DNA of 39,102 bases from a virus (taxonomy: Duplodnaviria > Caudoviricetes). Positions within the stretch are counted from its first letter, which is position 1; every line of letters begins with the position of its first letter. Of the stretch, positions 30,022 to 37,589 are shown in pieces. The notes beneath the pieces are model-generated. The model saw nothing but the letters and a program-made list of their open reading frames with translations. It had not been told where the DNA came from and made no database searches. Both the position numbers and the translations under genes were made by a program. Where the stretch lies: positions 1-39,102 of the IMG/VR virus record IMGVR_UViG_3300016656_000014; one strand, written 5' to 3'.

Positions 30022-30330
30022 TTACTTTCCTGTTCCCAAAATGTTCCAGACACCGTTTGGTGACTTTACGCTCAAACCAGATTTTTTGGATGACTGTTTT
30101 TTCTTTGGCGGATTTTTCGGAGACTTTTTTTCTTTCTCCAAATCCTCTAAGGCTCTACGCAACATAGACCCCGGAGGCAAAGCACCCTTGCCGCGAATAA
30201 CCAAACCCGGCTTTTCATAAACTGGGCCGTGCAAACCACCCGGACGTTTTTTCACTGGTTCACCATCTGGAAGCCGATACCAATCATCATTCGGGTCAGG
30301 TTTTGGCATTGCTCGACGTTTGCCCATCAC
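30022..30330 (-). CDS. Basic Pro/Lys-rich protein ending PNGVWNILGTGK
   Basis: GTGA overlap with the terS stop; shares motifs with 21065-21352. Confidence 0.65.
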   Translation of the reverse strand: MMGKRRAMPKPDPNDDWYRLPDGEPVKKRPGGLHGPVYEKPGLVIRGKGALPPGSMLRRALEDLEKEKKSPKNPPKKKQSSKKSGLSVKSPNGVWNILGTGK

Positions 30331-30749
30331 ACCACCTTCAAACGAGTCTCACGCTCACGCACAGCCATAGCGGCAATCAACTCATCCAAATCCGCATCCG
30401 ACAACTCAGCCACCCGCTTCTCACTCTTGACCTCAACCGTTGGCGGAGCCATACGGTTAGTTGCCTGCAAATACAGTTGAGCCGACTTCACATCACCCTC
30501 AACCGCCTTGGCGTACAACGTGTCCAACAGACGCTGTGTGCGTTCCGGCGAACCCTGCACCTCATCCACCTGCTTGGACCAAACGTCTTTGAACGCAGGA
30601 CGCTTCTCCCAACGACGCAGAGTGGTGATATCCACACCCAACTCGGAAGCCATCTGCGTCTTCGTTGACGGAACCCGCTCCGAAGGAGCGGTGCACAGCC
30701 AGTCAACATAACGCTGCTGGCTGGCAGTAAGCGTCACCTGTTCGTTCAT
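30327..30749 (-). CDS. Terminase small subunit-like HTH protein
   Basis: HTH MASELGVDITTLRRWEK and GDVKSAQLYLQ; first gene of the late block. Confidence 0.7.
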   Translation of the reverse strand: MNEQVTLTASQQRYVDWLCTAPSERVPSTKTQMASELGVDITTLRRWEKRPAFKDVWSKQVDEVQGSPERTQRLLDTLYAKAVEGDVKSAQLYLQATNRMAPPTVEVKSEKRVAELSDADLDELIAAMAVRERETRLKVV

Positions 30750-30773
30750 CTACCTCTAGGTTGTGTACGCTAC
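30749..30773 (-). promoter_or_regulatory. Putative late promoter GTAGC-N15-GTAGA
   Basis: The same bipartite motif precedes five other late genes. Confidence 0.5.
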
Positions 30774-30816
30774 TTCCGCCACGGAGAGTGGTTGTCTGAC
30801 TACAGATGTAGCGCAC

Positions 30817-30900
30817 GGGGGGGATTATAGGGGGGGTCGGAAAAGCCATAGCATTAGCCAGACGCCGCCACCCGTAAGGGTGGGCGGCTACACGTACACA
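30817..30900 (+). repeat. G7-spacer-G7 plus bulged hairpin element, copy 1
   Basis: GGGGGGG-ATTATA-GGGGGGG ... AGAC-GCCGCCACCC-GTAA-GGGTGGGCGGC-TACACGTACACA. Confidence 0.7.
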
Positions 30901-30920
30901 GGTTCAGAGAAAGGGAAGTT

Positions 30921-31076
30921 ATGCCCAATAAAGCCAAAGTAGGTAAAGTGATGGGGGAGTACAAAAAGGGGACCCTTCGTTCTTCTTCGGGTACCAAAGT
31001 CACTAAACGTAAACAGGCTGTGGCGATTGCGATGAGTGAGGCTGGTATGGCGAAAAAGAAGAAGCGTCGTGGCTAA
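30921..31076 (+). CDS. Small basic protein, DUF6496-like (not in the ORF track)
   Basis: KVGKVMGEYKKGTLRSSSGTKVTKRKQAVAIAMSEAG. Confidence 0.75.
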   Translation: MPNKAKVGKVMGEYKKGTLRSSSGTKVTKRKQAVAIAMSEAGMAKKKKRRG

Positions 31077-31221
31077 AGCGTTCTGGGACAAACCCAACCC
31101 GAAAAAGAAGTCCAAGCCGCTCACCCCAGCCCAGAAGGCTGCAGCCAAAAAGCGTGCACAAAAAGCAGGACGCCCATACCCCAACCTTGTTGACAACGCC
31201 GCTGTGAGCCGCCGTGCCTAA
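31069..31221 (+). CDS. Small basic protein
   Basis: KAAAKKRAQKAGRPYPNLVDN; overlaps both neighbours. Confidence 0.7.
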   Translation: MAKAFWDKPNPKKKSKPLTPAQKAAAKKRAQKAGRPYPNLVDNAAVSRRA

Positions 31222-31477
31222 AACCGCTGCGTGGCAACGCAAAGAAGGCAAAAACCCTGCCGGTGGACTCAACGCCAAAGGACGCGCCTCATACAAAGCC
31301 CAAACAGGCGGCACCCTCAAACCACCAGTGTCTGCCAAAGCGGCAGCCAAATCACCCAAAAAGGCCGCACGTCGCAAATCTTTCTGCGCACGCATGGGCG
31401 GAATGCCGGGACCAATGAAAGATTCGAAGGGACGACCCACCCGCAAGGCTTTAGCGCTCAGAAAATGGGATTGCTGA
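31214..31477 (+). CDS. Small basic protein, DUF6321-like
   Basis: AWQRKEGKNPAGGLNAKGR...RRKSFCARM...ALRKWDC. Confidence 0.75.
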   Translation: MPKTAAWQRKEGKNPAGGLNAKGRASYKAQTGGTLKPPVSAKAAAKSPKKAARRKSFCARMGGMPGPMKDSKGRPTRKALALRKWDC

Positions 31478-31725
31478 CCCATCCATTCGTGTGACACCCG
31501 TCACCTAAGCCTATCCAGCACACCCCTCCCGCCACGAACGGGAGCCATCCATCGTCTTTGGGGCGCCGCACCCCCCCATATGCCCCGTCTCTCGTCTGTG
31601 CGCGCACCGAAACCGCACGAAACACGCACCAACACGCACCAACAGATAAATACCCACACCACTAATGAAAGGACAGCAGGGCGAAACAGAGCCGACGGCT
31701 CAACCTGCTGTGTGTGGTACAGGCT

Positions 31726-31959
31726 ATGACGGTGGATGAACTGCTCTGTGAGATAGAGCAGCGTGCTTACGCTCGCTATTGCGATGCTGGCTCGCTAGAT
31801 GATGCGAGCGAGATACACGCAAGCGATGTTGAGCGTGCTATTGCGCCGTTCGTACAGGAAGCGTACGAGCGTGGCTACGAGCGTGCTGTTCGTTGGCATG
31901 AGATAAATGAGCGCAAGTTCCAACTTGCGGTTCTCCGTGCGGAAGCGGAGATGGAATAA
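31726..31959 (+). CDS. Hypothetical early protein
   Basis: ORF 31714-31959, likely start ATG31726, no clear RBS. Confidence 0.55.
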   Translation: MTVDELLCEIEQRAYARYCDAGSLDDASEIHASDVERAIAPFVQEAYERGYERAVRWHEINERKFQLAVLRAEAEME

Positions 31960-31973
31960 GTGATGCTTGCTGG

Positions 31974-31999
31974 CGAAAGTTGGTTCCGACCAACTTTCG
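31974..31999. repeat. Dyad AAGTTGGT-N4-ACCAACTT, copy 1 (11-bp arms)
   Basis: CGAAAGTTGGT-TCCG-ACCAACTTTCG. Confidence 0.9.
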
Positions 32000-32075
32000 T
32001 TAGCGGGGACTACTTAGTCCTGCGTACACATTCCGTGTGCGTACAACGAAATACACACAGAAAGAGATAACAACC

Positions 32076-32543
32076 ATGAAGAAGAACAACAAGATAGCAA
32101 CTGCCGTGAAACTCGGCGTTGCCATCGTCAACAGCGACGAGAACCGTCTGTGGACATTCGTCAAGTTGGGCAACATGCTGCTCAACGACGAAGTGAAGCA
32201 GGTGGAACTCATCAAGCGCGTCAAGGCGAAGACGGGCAAGACTCTGGACAAGGGCGACTTGTCCAAGGCTGTCCGCATCAACAAGGCGTGCCTTGTCGGT
32301 GCTACTCGCGACAGCGTGAACGCTTTCCAGCGCAAGTTGGAAGCGGGCAAGTTCCCGTCGCTGAATGCGGCTTATCATGCTGCTCTTGACTTCACGCCTG
32401 CTCAGACGCAGACGAAGAAGAAGAAGCGTGCGAAGAAGACGCAAGTCGTTGTGACGACTCGCAAGGCGGAGTCTCTCGCCAGGCGGTTCGTTCCTGCGAA
32501 CAAGCGTGACGCTTTCGTGCGTGCGTTGGGGCTTACAGCCTGA
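32076..32543 (+). CDS. Basic hypothetical early protein (possible nucleic-acid binder)
   Basis: A/C-rich leader, ATG32076, Lys-rich, 155 aa. Confidence 0.65.
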   Translation: MKKNNKIATAVKLGVAIVNSDENRLWTFVKLGNMLLNDEVKQVELIKRVKAKTGKTLDKGDLSKAVRINKACLVGATRDSVNAFQRKLEAGKFPSLNAAYHAALDFTPAQTQTKKKKRAKKTQVVVTTRKAESLARRFVPANKRDAFVRALGLTA

Positions 32544-32544
32544 G

Positions 32545-32564
32545 AAGTTGGTTCTGACCAACTT
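32545..32564. repeat. Dyad copy 2
   Basis: AAGTTGGT-TCTG-ACCAACTT, 1 nt after a stop codon. Confidence 0.9.
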
Positions 32565-32685
32565 CGTCAACATCTCGTAGGTGTTGAGAGCGCATCAGTA
32601 CTCCCCTGCTGGTGCGCTCGAATGTATCTACGGGTACACGGTGCGTAGCCGAACTACGCAACACACAATAAAGGAAACAACAACC

Positions 32686-32922
32686 ATGAAGAAGCAAGCA
32701 GACAGTTACACGGCGTTGGCAACGATGCTGTTTCAGGGCGATGACGCTCTACAACAGCAGTTCGTTTCGTTCGCTGTGGCGAATACGGATAGCAACGGCG
32801 CTCTGAGTGAGACTGCTGTTGTTCGGATAGCCGATTTCATCGGCAACTCTCGTGAGTTGCGTGGTGAAGTGCGCCCACAACATCTGGTGCGTGCGTTGCG
32901 CACGCTCAGGGTGGTGGCGTAA
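32686..32922 (+). CDS. Hypothetical early protein
   Basis: AAGGA RBS; shares the ACAACCATGAAGAAG start context with 32076. Confidence 0.65.
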   Translation: MKKQADSYTALATMLFQGDDALQQQFVSFAVANTDSNGALSETAVVRIADFIGNSRELRGEVRPQHLVRALRTLRVVA

Positions 32923-33161
32923 TGAGACTGTTCGGAGTGAACCCGCTCGTGAAAGAGCGAGTGTGGCGCAAGCACAACAGAAAGATGCTGGAGTTCGTGT
33001 TCTCTGCGGGCAAGCAACGCAGGTTCTGGCTCGAGCGTTACTCCTATCATGTCGCCCGTCGTGATGGTGCGACTTTCGTGACCGCAGTGTGGGCTGTTGC
33101 CTATTGGCGACGCTACGGCGCATTCCCGAACTGCCTACAACAGAAAGGAGATAACTCATGA
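32922..33161 (+). CDS. Hypothetical early protein
   Basis: TAATG overlap with the upstream gene. Confidence 0.6.
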   Translation: MRLFGVNPLVKERVWRKHNRKMLEFVFSAGKQRRFWLERYSYHVARRDGATFVTAVWAVAYWRRYGAFPNCLQQKGDNS

Positions 33162-33322
33162 ACATCGGCGTCATCGTGATGATGTGGTGTGTTCTTTACA
33201 CCGCAACGACCGGCTATGCGTTGTGGCGCTGTAATGCGAAGCGTCAAGCGCAAGACAATCACCCGACTTCGCTGTTGGTTCGTAAGCCAGCGCCTGATGG
33301 CACTGACCAGAACTTGCCGTGA
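33158..33322 (+). CDS. Small membrane protein, 54 aa (not in the ORF track)
   Basis: AAGGAG RBS, ATGA overlap, hydrophobic MNIGVIVMMWCVLYTATTGYALW. Confidence 0.6.
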   Translation: MNIGVIVMMWCVLYTATTGYALWRCNAKRQAQDNHPTSLLVRKPAPDGTDQNLP

Positions 33323-33341
33323 AGTTGGTTCGTACCAACTT
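33322..33341. repeat. Dyad copy 3
   Basis: AAGTTGGT-TCGT-ACCAACTT overlapping a stop codon. Confidence 0.9.
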
Positions 33342-33371
33342 TCCAATCAACACACAACAAGGAGACAAGTA

Positions 33372-33602
33372 ATGAAACCAAGAACATTCATCAGGCATTA
33401 CCGCATCAACCGTTCGTGGGGCGACAGCGTTGTTGTTGCTCTGTGGTTCGCCTTGCTTCGCAAGTCGTACTCAGAGTTGCTCACGCCTGAGTTGCTCAAC
33501 GACATGAGAGAACAAATCAAGAAAGGAGAGTACTCAGAGTTGCTCACGCCTGAGTTGCTCAACGACATGGGAGAACAAATCAAGCAAGGAGAACAGTCAT
33601 GA
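33372..33602 (+). CDS. Hypothetical protein with a 21-aa tandem duplication
   Basis: AAGGAG RBS before MKPRTF; YSELLTPELLNDM.EQIK.GE twice. Confidence 0.6.
   Translation: MKPRTFIRHYRINRSWGDSVVVALWFALLRKSYSELLTPELLNDMREQIKKGEYSELLTPELLNDMGEQIKQGEQS
33467..33592 (+). repeat. 63-bp tandem duplication (2 copies, 2 mismatches)
   Basis: Units start at 33467 and 33530. Confidence 0.9.
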
Positions 33603-33796
33603 GTAATCCGTTCAGCACCGTCTTTCGTGGCAACGAAGACGATTGGGACGATTTCGTGTCGCTCATCGCAGACACGAACGACATTCGCATTCTGTTGGAG
33701 AAACTGAACGAAGAAGCATCGTTCGGTTCCGACAGAAAGTGGGCTCTTCGTATCTACGAATGGGTCACAGCGATGACCAACCGAGAGTTGGTGTAA
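33599..33796 (+). CDS. Hypothetical acidic early protein
   Basis: AAGGAG RBS and ATGA overlap. Confidence 0.6.
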   Translation: MSNPFSTVFRGNEDDWDDFVSLIADTNDIRILLEKLNEEASFGSDRKWALRIYEWVTAMTNRELV

Positions 33797-33798
33797 TA

Positions 33799-33818
33799 AA
33801 GTTGGTTCCAACCAACTT
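33799..33818. repeat. Dyad copy 4
   Basis: AAGTTGGT-TCCA-ACCAACTT, 2 nt after a stop codon. Confidence 0.9.
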
Positions 33819-33880
33819 GTAATACGGTGGCGACGACCGACTCGTCGCAGGCACAATCATTACCTAGGGAGGTAAACACA

Positions 33881-35257
33881 ATGCCTACAACATCAATACC
33901 ATCATGGTGGTCGTGGACTACCGATGAATGGGACAAGTGGATTCAGCAGGAAACTGAAGAGTCCAACTTGACCTACTGTGAGTCATGCGAAGAAGCACTT
34001 CTCGCACGGCAGGTAATGGTGGCGAACCCACACACAGACGAAACGGAGTACCGTTACGACTTCGTGGGGTGGAACCGCCGACGCAACCAGCAGGTGGTTG
34101 CCGACGAGAGCGTTCCGCTCATGTCGTCAGATGTTCTGGACTCAATCAACCAGACCATCTGTACCCTGCCACATTCGGACAGGTACTACGACGGAACCGA
34201 ATACAGCGCTCTGTGCGATTCGTGTAACGACGAGTTGTGCGCACAGTACGGTCGCGACGACGATGAGTACGACAGCCACAACGACCCAAACAGTAGCCGC
34301 TACATCTCGAGTTACTCAACTCGTGTCGCTGTGCTGTTCAACGATGTAATGCCGAACGCCGTAGGTGAGAATGCGGTGTCTGCGTTGCGCCGTGCGCGTC
34401 GCGTTGAGCCGGCAATCATCACGAATGTGTCGGGACAACAGTCGTGGGCTGAACACCCGTACTGTGGTTTCGAGTTGGAGATGTCCAACGACTGCGACGG
34501 TGGCATTTCGGTCACCGATGCGGCTCACTACCTGTATGACCGTGTTGCGAACTACGCACTGCTCAAGACCGACGGCTCTGTGTCGTATGGTTTCGAGTTG
34601 GTGACTCAACCGCACTCGTTGGAAGCGTACAAGTTGCGCACCGACATGTGGGAAGCGCTGGATTTCCTGCGTAAGAACGGTTGGCGCTCGTGGTCGTCTA
34701 ACTCATCGTGTGGTCTCCACATTCACATCAACAGCAGGTCGTTCATCAACGACCGTCACGCAATCAGGTTCATCTACTTCATCTATCACAACAAGCCTGC
34801 GCTCGTTCGTTTCGCTGGTCGCGACTCGTCGTACGCACGCTTCCACTTCGACGACTTCGTAATGCGTCAGGTGTACCAAGGTGATGATGAGAACGGGTAC
34901 CCGATTTATGCGCGCGGTACGGTGAAAGACATCGTCGCCAAGAAGCACATGCACGACAACCGCTATCTTGCGCTGAATGCCCAGAACTCGCACACTTACG
35001 AGTTGCGTTTCTTCCGTGGCAACATGCGCCCGAAAGTTGTGTTGGCGTGTCTGGAGTTCGTGTTCGCATTACACGAATACACACGCAACCTTGACGCCCA
35101 CTCTGTGGTCGCTCAAGACTCGCTCAAGTGGGAGAAGTTCCACGCATGGTTGCGTCAGTATGCGACGCTTTCGGGTGACAACTTCCGCTACGGCAATCTT
35201 GTGGCTCGCCTTTCTGAAGCGCGTCGCAATCCGTCAGCGGCTGGCGAACTAGAATGA
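33881..35257 (+). CDS. Putative amidoligase (COOH-NH2 ligase, Amidoligase_2-like)
   Basis: GFELEM, KTDGSV..GFELVTQP, SCGLHIH, RYLALN and TYELRFFRG motifs; GGAGG RBS; two CxxC in the N-terminal region. Confidence 0.8.
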   Translation: MPTTSIPSWWSWTTDEWDKWIQQETEESNLTYCESCEEALLARQVMVANPHTDETEYRYDFVGWNRRRNQQVVADESVPLMSSDVLDSINQTICTLPHSDRYYDGTEYSALCDSCNDELCAQYGRDDDEYDSHNDPNSSRYISSYSTRVAVLFNDVMPNAVGENAVSALRRARRVEPAIITNVSGQQSWAEHPYCGFELEMSNDCDGGISVTDAAHYLYDRVANYALLKTDGSVSYGFELVTQPHSLEAYKLRTDMWEALDFLRKNGWRSWSSNSSCGLHIHINSRSFINDRHAIRFIYFIYHNKPALVRFAGRDSSYARFHFDDFVMRQVYQGDDENGYPIYARGTVKDIVAKKHMHDNRYLALNAQNSHTYELRFFRGNMRPKVVLACLEFVFALHEYTRNLDAHSVVAQDSLKWEKFHAWLRQYATLSGDNFRYGNLVARLSEARRNPSAAGELE

Positions 35258-35305
35258 CCATCAACACATACACACACAACATCAACAACAACGGAGGTAT
35301 CTAAC

Positions 35306-36430
35306 ATGTGTTTACTCGTATTCATGGAAGAGGGTCGCACCGCTACACGCGACGCTCTGGAACAAGCATCGTGGTACAACGACGACGGTTTCGGTTGGGC
35401 TATTCATGCTGGCAACCGCATCATCGTCGGCAAGTCGATGGAGTTCGACAAGGCGTACGACGAGTTCATCGCTGCTCGCAAGGACTATCAAGGTCCGGCT
35501 CTGTTTCACTTGCGTATCACTACGCAGGGTGCGACAGACTTGAGCAACTGTCACCCGTTCCAAGTTGGTTCCGACCAACTTTCGTATGTCGCTCACAACG
35601 GCATGTTGCCCATCAAGCAGGAACCCAACGACAATCGTTCCGACACTCGTGTGTTCGCTGAGACACTGCTACCCAAGCGTGGTGGCATCACTCTGCTCAA
35701 CAGCGAGAAGCAGGAACTCAAGTTGTCTCAGTGGGCTGCTGGTTCCAAGTTGGTGTTTCTCACCGCTAACCCAGCATCCAAGTGGCGTTATGTCATCATC
35801 AACTCTGACCTAGGTCATTGGGGTGATGGTGAGAACGAGGGCGTGTGGTTCTCCAACTCGTCATACAAGTACAGCAAACCGTCGTTTCGTTCGGGTATGT
35901 ACACGGGTTGGGACGACTATCGCTACGGCACTACGACTTATGTGACGGGCGCAAAGACGCACACAACTGTCGTCAAGCCGACGCCATCTGTTCCCAAGGA
36001 CGCACTCAATGAGTGGTTCGAGCAGAACATGTCGTACCACGCCTACAATCTCGCAGAAGCGATGTTGAAGACGCCCGACTTGGACGGTGACCCGATGTTC
36101 ACGGAAGAAGACTTCTACGACATGGCAATGGAGTGGGAGCGCAGGTTCATTGACATCTACGAGCCGTATGACGATGGCACATACATGTGTAAGTGTCCGT
36201 CGTGCGGTGGCGTGATGTATCTCGACGAACTTGATACGCCTGCTACGCATTGCGCTTTCTGTGACCACTGCCTGATGTGCCGTTCGGAACCAACCGATGG
36301 CGAAGACTGCTGTGGTTGGGGTGCGTTGGCGCCGTTCTCGTACGACCCAAGGCTCGTTGAGTTAGAGCCGAACTATCAAGGGGGTGATGTAACCGATGCC
36401 CAAAATCTCGCGTCTGCGGAGAAGTTCTAG
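35306..36430 (+). CDS. Class II (Ntn) glutamine amidotransferase with a Cys-rich C-terminus
   Basis: Cys2 (MCLL), NDDGFG, HLRITTQG, NCHPF, AHNG and SDTR motifs. Confidence 0.85.
   Translation: MCLLVFMEEGRTATRDALEQASWYNDDGFGWAIHAGNRIIVGKSMEFDKAYDEFIAARKDYQGPALFHLRITTQGATDLSNCHPFQVGSDQLSYVAHNGMLPIKQEPNDNRSDTRVFAETLLPKRGGITLLNSEKQELKLSQWAAGSKLVFLTANPASKWRYVIINSDLGHWGDGENEGVWFSNSSYKYSKPSFRSGMYTGWDDYRYGTTTYVTGAKTHTTVVKPTPSVPKDALNEWFEQNMSYHAYNLAEAMLKTPDLDGDPMFTEEDFYDMAMEWERRFIDIYEPYDDGTYMCKCPSCGGVMYLDELDTPATHCAFCDHCLMCRSEPTDGEDCCGWGALAPFSYDPRLVELEPNYQGGDVTDAQNLASAEKF
35562..35581. repeat. Dyad copy 5 (intragenic)
   Basis: AAGTTGGT-TCCG-ACCAACTT, encodes QVGSDQL. Confidence 0.9.
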
Positions 36431-36572
36431 CCGCAAGCGCAAGAACACGATGTGGGTGTGTCCACGCTGTTCACAGCGTGTGACACTCCACGTTCGTGTC
36501 GTAGTACCACCAACCTGTAACAACAGGCTGGTTCATTCACAATCAACAATCAAAATGGAGGAAACAAAGTAA
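36396..36572 (+). CDS. Small Zn-ribbon protein, 58 aa (not in the ORF track)
   Basis: WVCPRC...PPTCNNRLVH; TAATG overlap with 36572. Confidence 0.6.
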   Translation: MPKISRLRRSSSRKRKNTMWVCPRCSQRVTLHVRVVVPPTCNNRLVHSQSTIKMEETK

Positions 36573-37039
36573 TGGAAACAATGAAGAAAGCAGTCATCAC
36601 GGAACAGAAACTTCACGACGACAACCGTTATCCGTTTGACAGTGGCAGAGCCGCACTGTTCTCGGTGAAGATTGTCAAAGGCGAAGTGACAGACGTGATT
36701 CGTGAGATGGAAGCAGGCGACATCTATCAGATGCTGGAAAGTTCTACCGCAAGAAAGGTGATGAAAGACAGCAAGACTGTCATGGTCGCCACTTGTGGTT
36801 GGGCTGCGCCAATCGGTGATGATGCCGAGTTAGATGAACTTGCGCCATCGCAACACCCACGTCGTCGTCGTGTCCGTCTGATGTCTCTGGTGGATTCCAA
36901 GGGCGTAGCAACTGTGCTACGGTTCAAAGATGACCCAAACAACATCATCGAAGACAACGGTGCCGCTCAGGGCTCGCTCGCAGAAGCGTTGCTCGAGTTG
37001 CGTGAAGCAGGAAAAACCAAGAAGAAAGGAAACAAATAA
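36572..37039 (+). CDS. Hypothetical protein
   Basis: GGAGG RBS; TCGWAAP...PSQHPRRRRVRL. Confidence 0.7.
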   Translation: METMKKAVITEQKLHDDNRYPFDSGRAALFSVKIVKGEVTDVIREMEAGDIYQMLESSTARKVMKDSKTVMVATCGWAAPIGDDAELDELAPSQHPRRRRVRLMSLVDSKGVATVLRFKDDPNNIIEDNGAAQGSLAEALLELREAGKTKKKGNK

Positions 37040-37278
37040 TGAAAACAGCAACCAGATGGGGTGAACCATCAACCAACATCCACATGTTCCACCGAACGCC
37101 GTTCGGTACGGTGCGTCTGAACAACTTTCAGAAGATTGCGCCAGACAGGTTCGCCGTTTGGCTGACCGTCATGTCGAAAGATGCGGAGATGACCATCACT
37201 TGGTGGGATTGTTCGCTGTCTGACGCCGCCGAATACTTCGGTATTGAAGCGACAGAGCAGGAAATGTGGGACCGCTGA
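37039..37278 (+). CDS. Hypothetical protein
   Basis: Overlapping start and stop junctions on both sides. Confidence 0.6.
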   Translation: MKTATRWGEPSTNIHMFHRTPFGTVRLNNFQKIAPDRFAVWLTVMSKDAEMTITWWDCSLSDAAEYFGIEATEQEMWDR

Positions 37279-37589
37279 TGCCGAACAAGCAGTTCATCAT
37301 GGTCGTCGAATCCCAACCAGATTGGAGTAAGGCGAAATGTGTGGGCGCACCCGGCGAAGTGTTCTTCCCCGAGATTCCGTTCGGTGGTTTCATCCGTTCG
37401 GAACACATGCGTGAAGCACTCCGCTACTGTTCGGTGTGCCCAATCAGACAGGAATGCTTGGAGTATGCGTGCCGTACCGATTCCGTTGGAATCTGGGGTG
37501 GCACGTATCTTTCCGAGCATCGAGCAAGAAAGTTGAGGGAGAAGTATGGCTGGCACTTACATCGTCAGGCTCTCACTGAGTCTGAATGA
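37278..37589 (+). CDS. whiB: WhiB-family Fe-S transcription factor
   Basis: W..AKC...FFP...CSVCPIRQECLEYA...GIWGG. Confidence 0.9.
   Translation: MPNKQFIMVVESQPDWSKAKCVGAPGEVFFPEIPFGGFIRSEHMREALRYCSVCPIRQECLEYACRTDSVGIWGGTYLSEHRARKLREKYGWHLHRQALTESE

Noticed and set aside
30824-30829. Perfect TATAAT on the minus strand upstream of terS as a housekeeping promoter
   Set aside because: It is embedded between homopolymer runs with no -35 or extended -10, and the second copy of the element lacks it.
30888-31497. Minus-strand ORFs 30888-31196 and 31003-31497
   Set aside because: They are antisense to three overlapping + strand genes with recognisable phage small-protein motifs.
31662-31690. Hammerhead-like words CTAATGA...CGAAAC
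   Set aside because: The core deviates from CUGANGA and the intervening bases cannot form stem II.
31912-31929. Palindrome CGCAAGTT-CC-AACTTGCG, plus half-sites near 35747 and 38711
   Set aside because: They share only AAGTT or one arm with the dyad and have the wrong spacing, so they were not counted as copies.
31974-33818. Dyads as ordinary intrinsic terminators
   Set aside because: The arm sequence is invariant, there is no consistent U-tract, and two further copies lie within CDSs.
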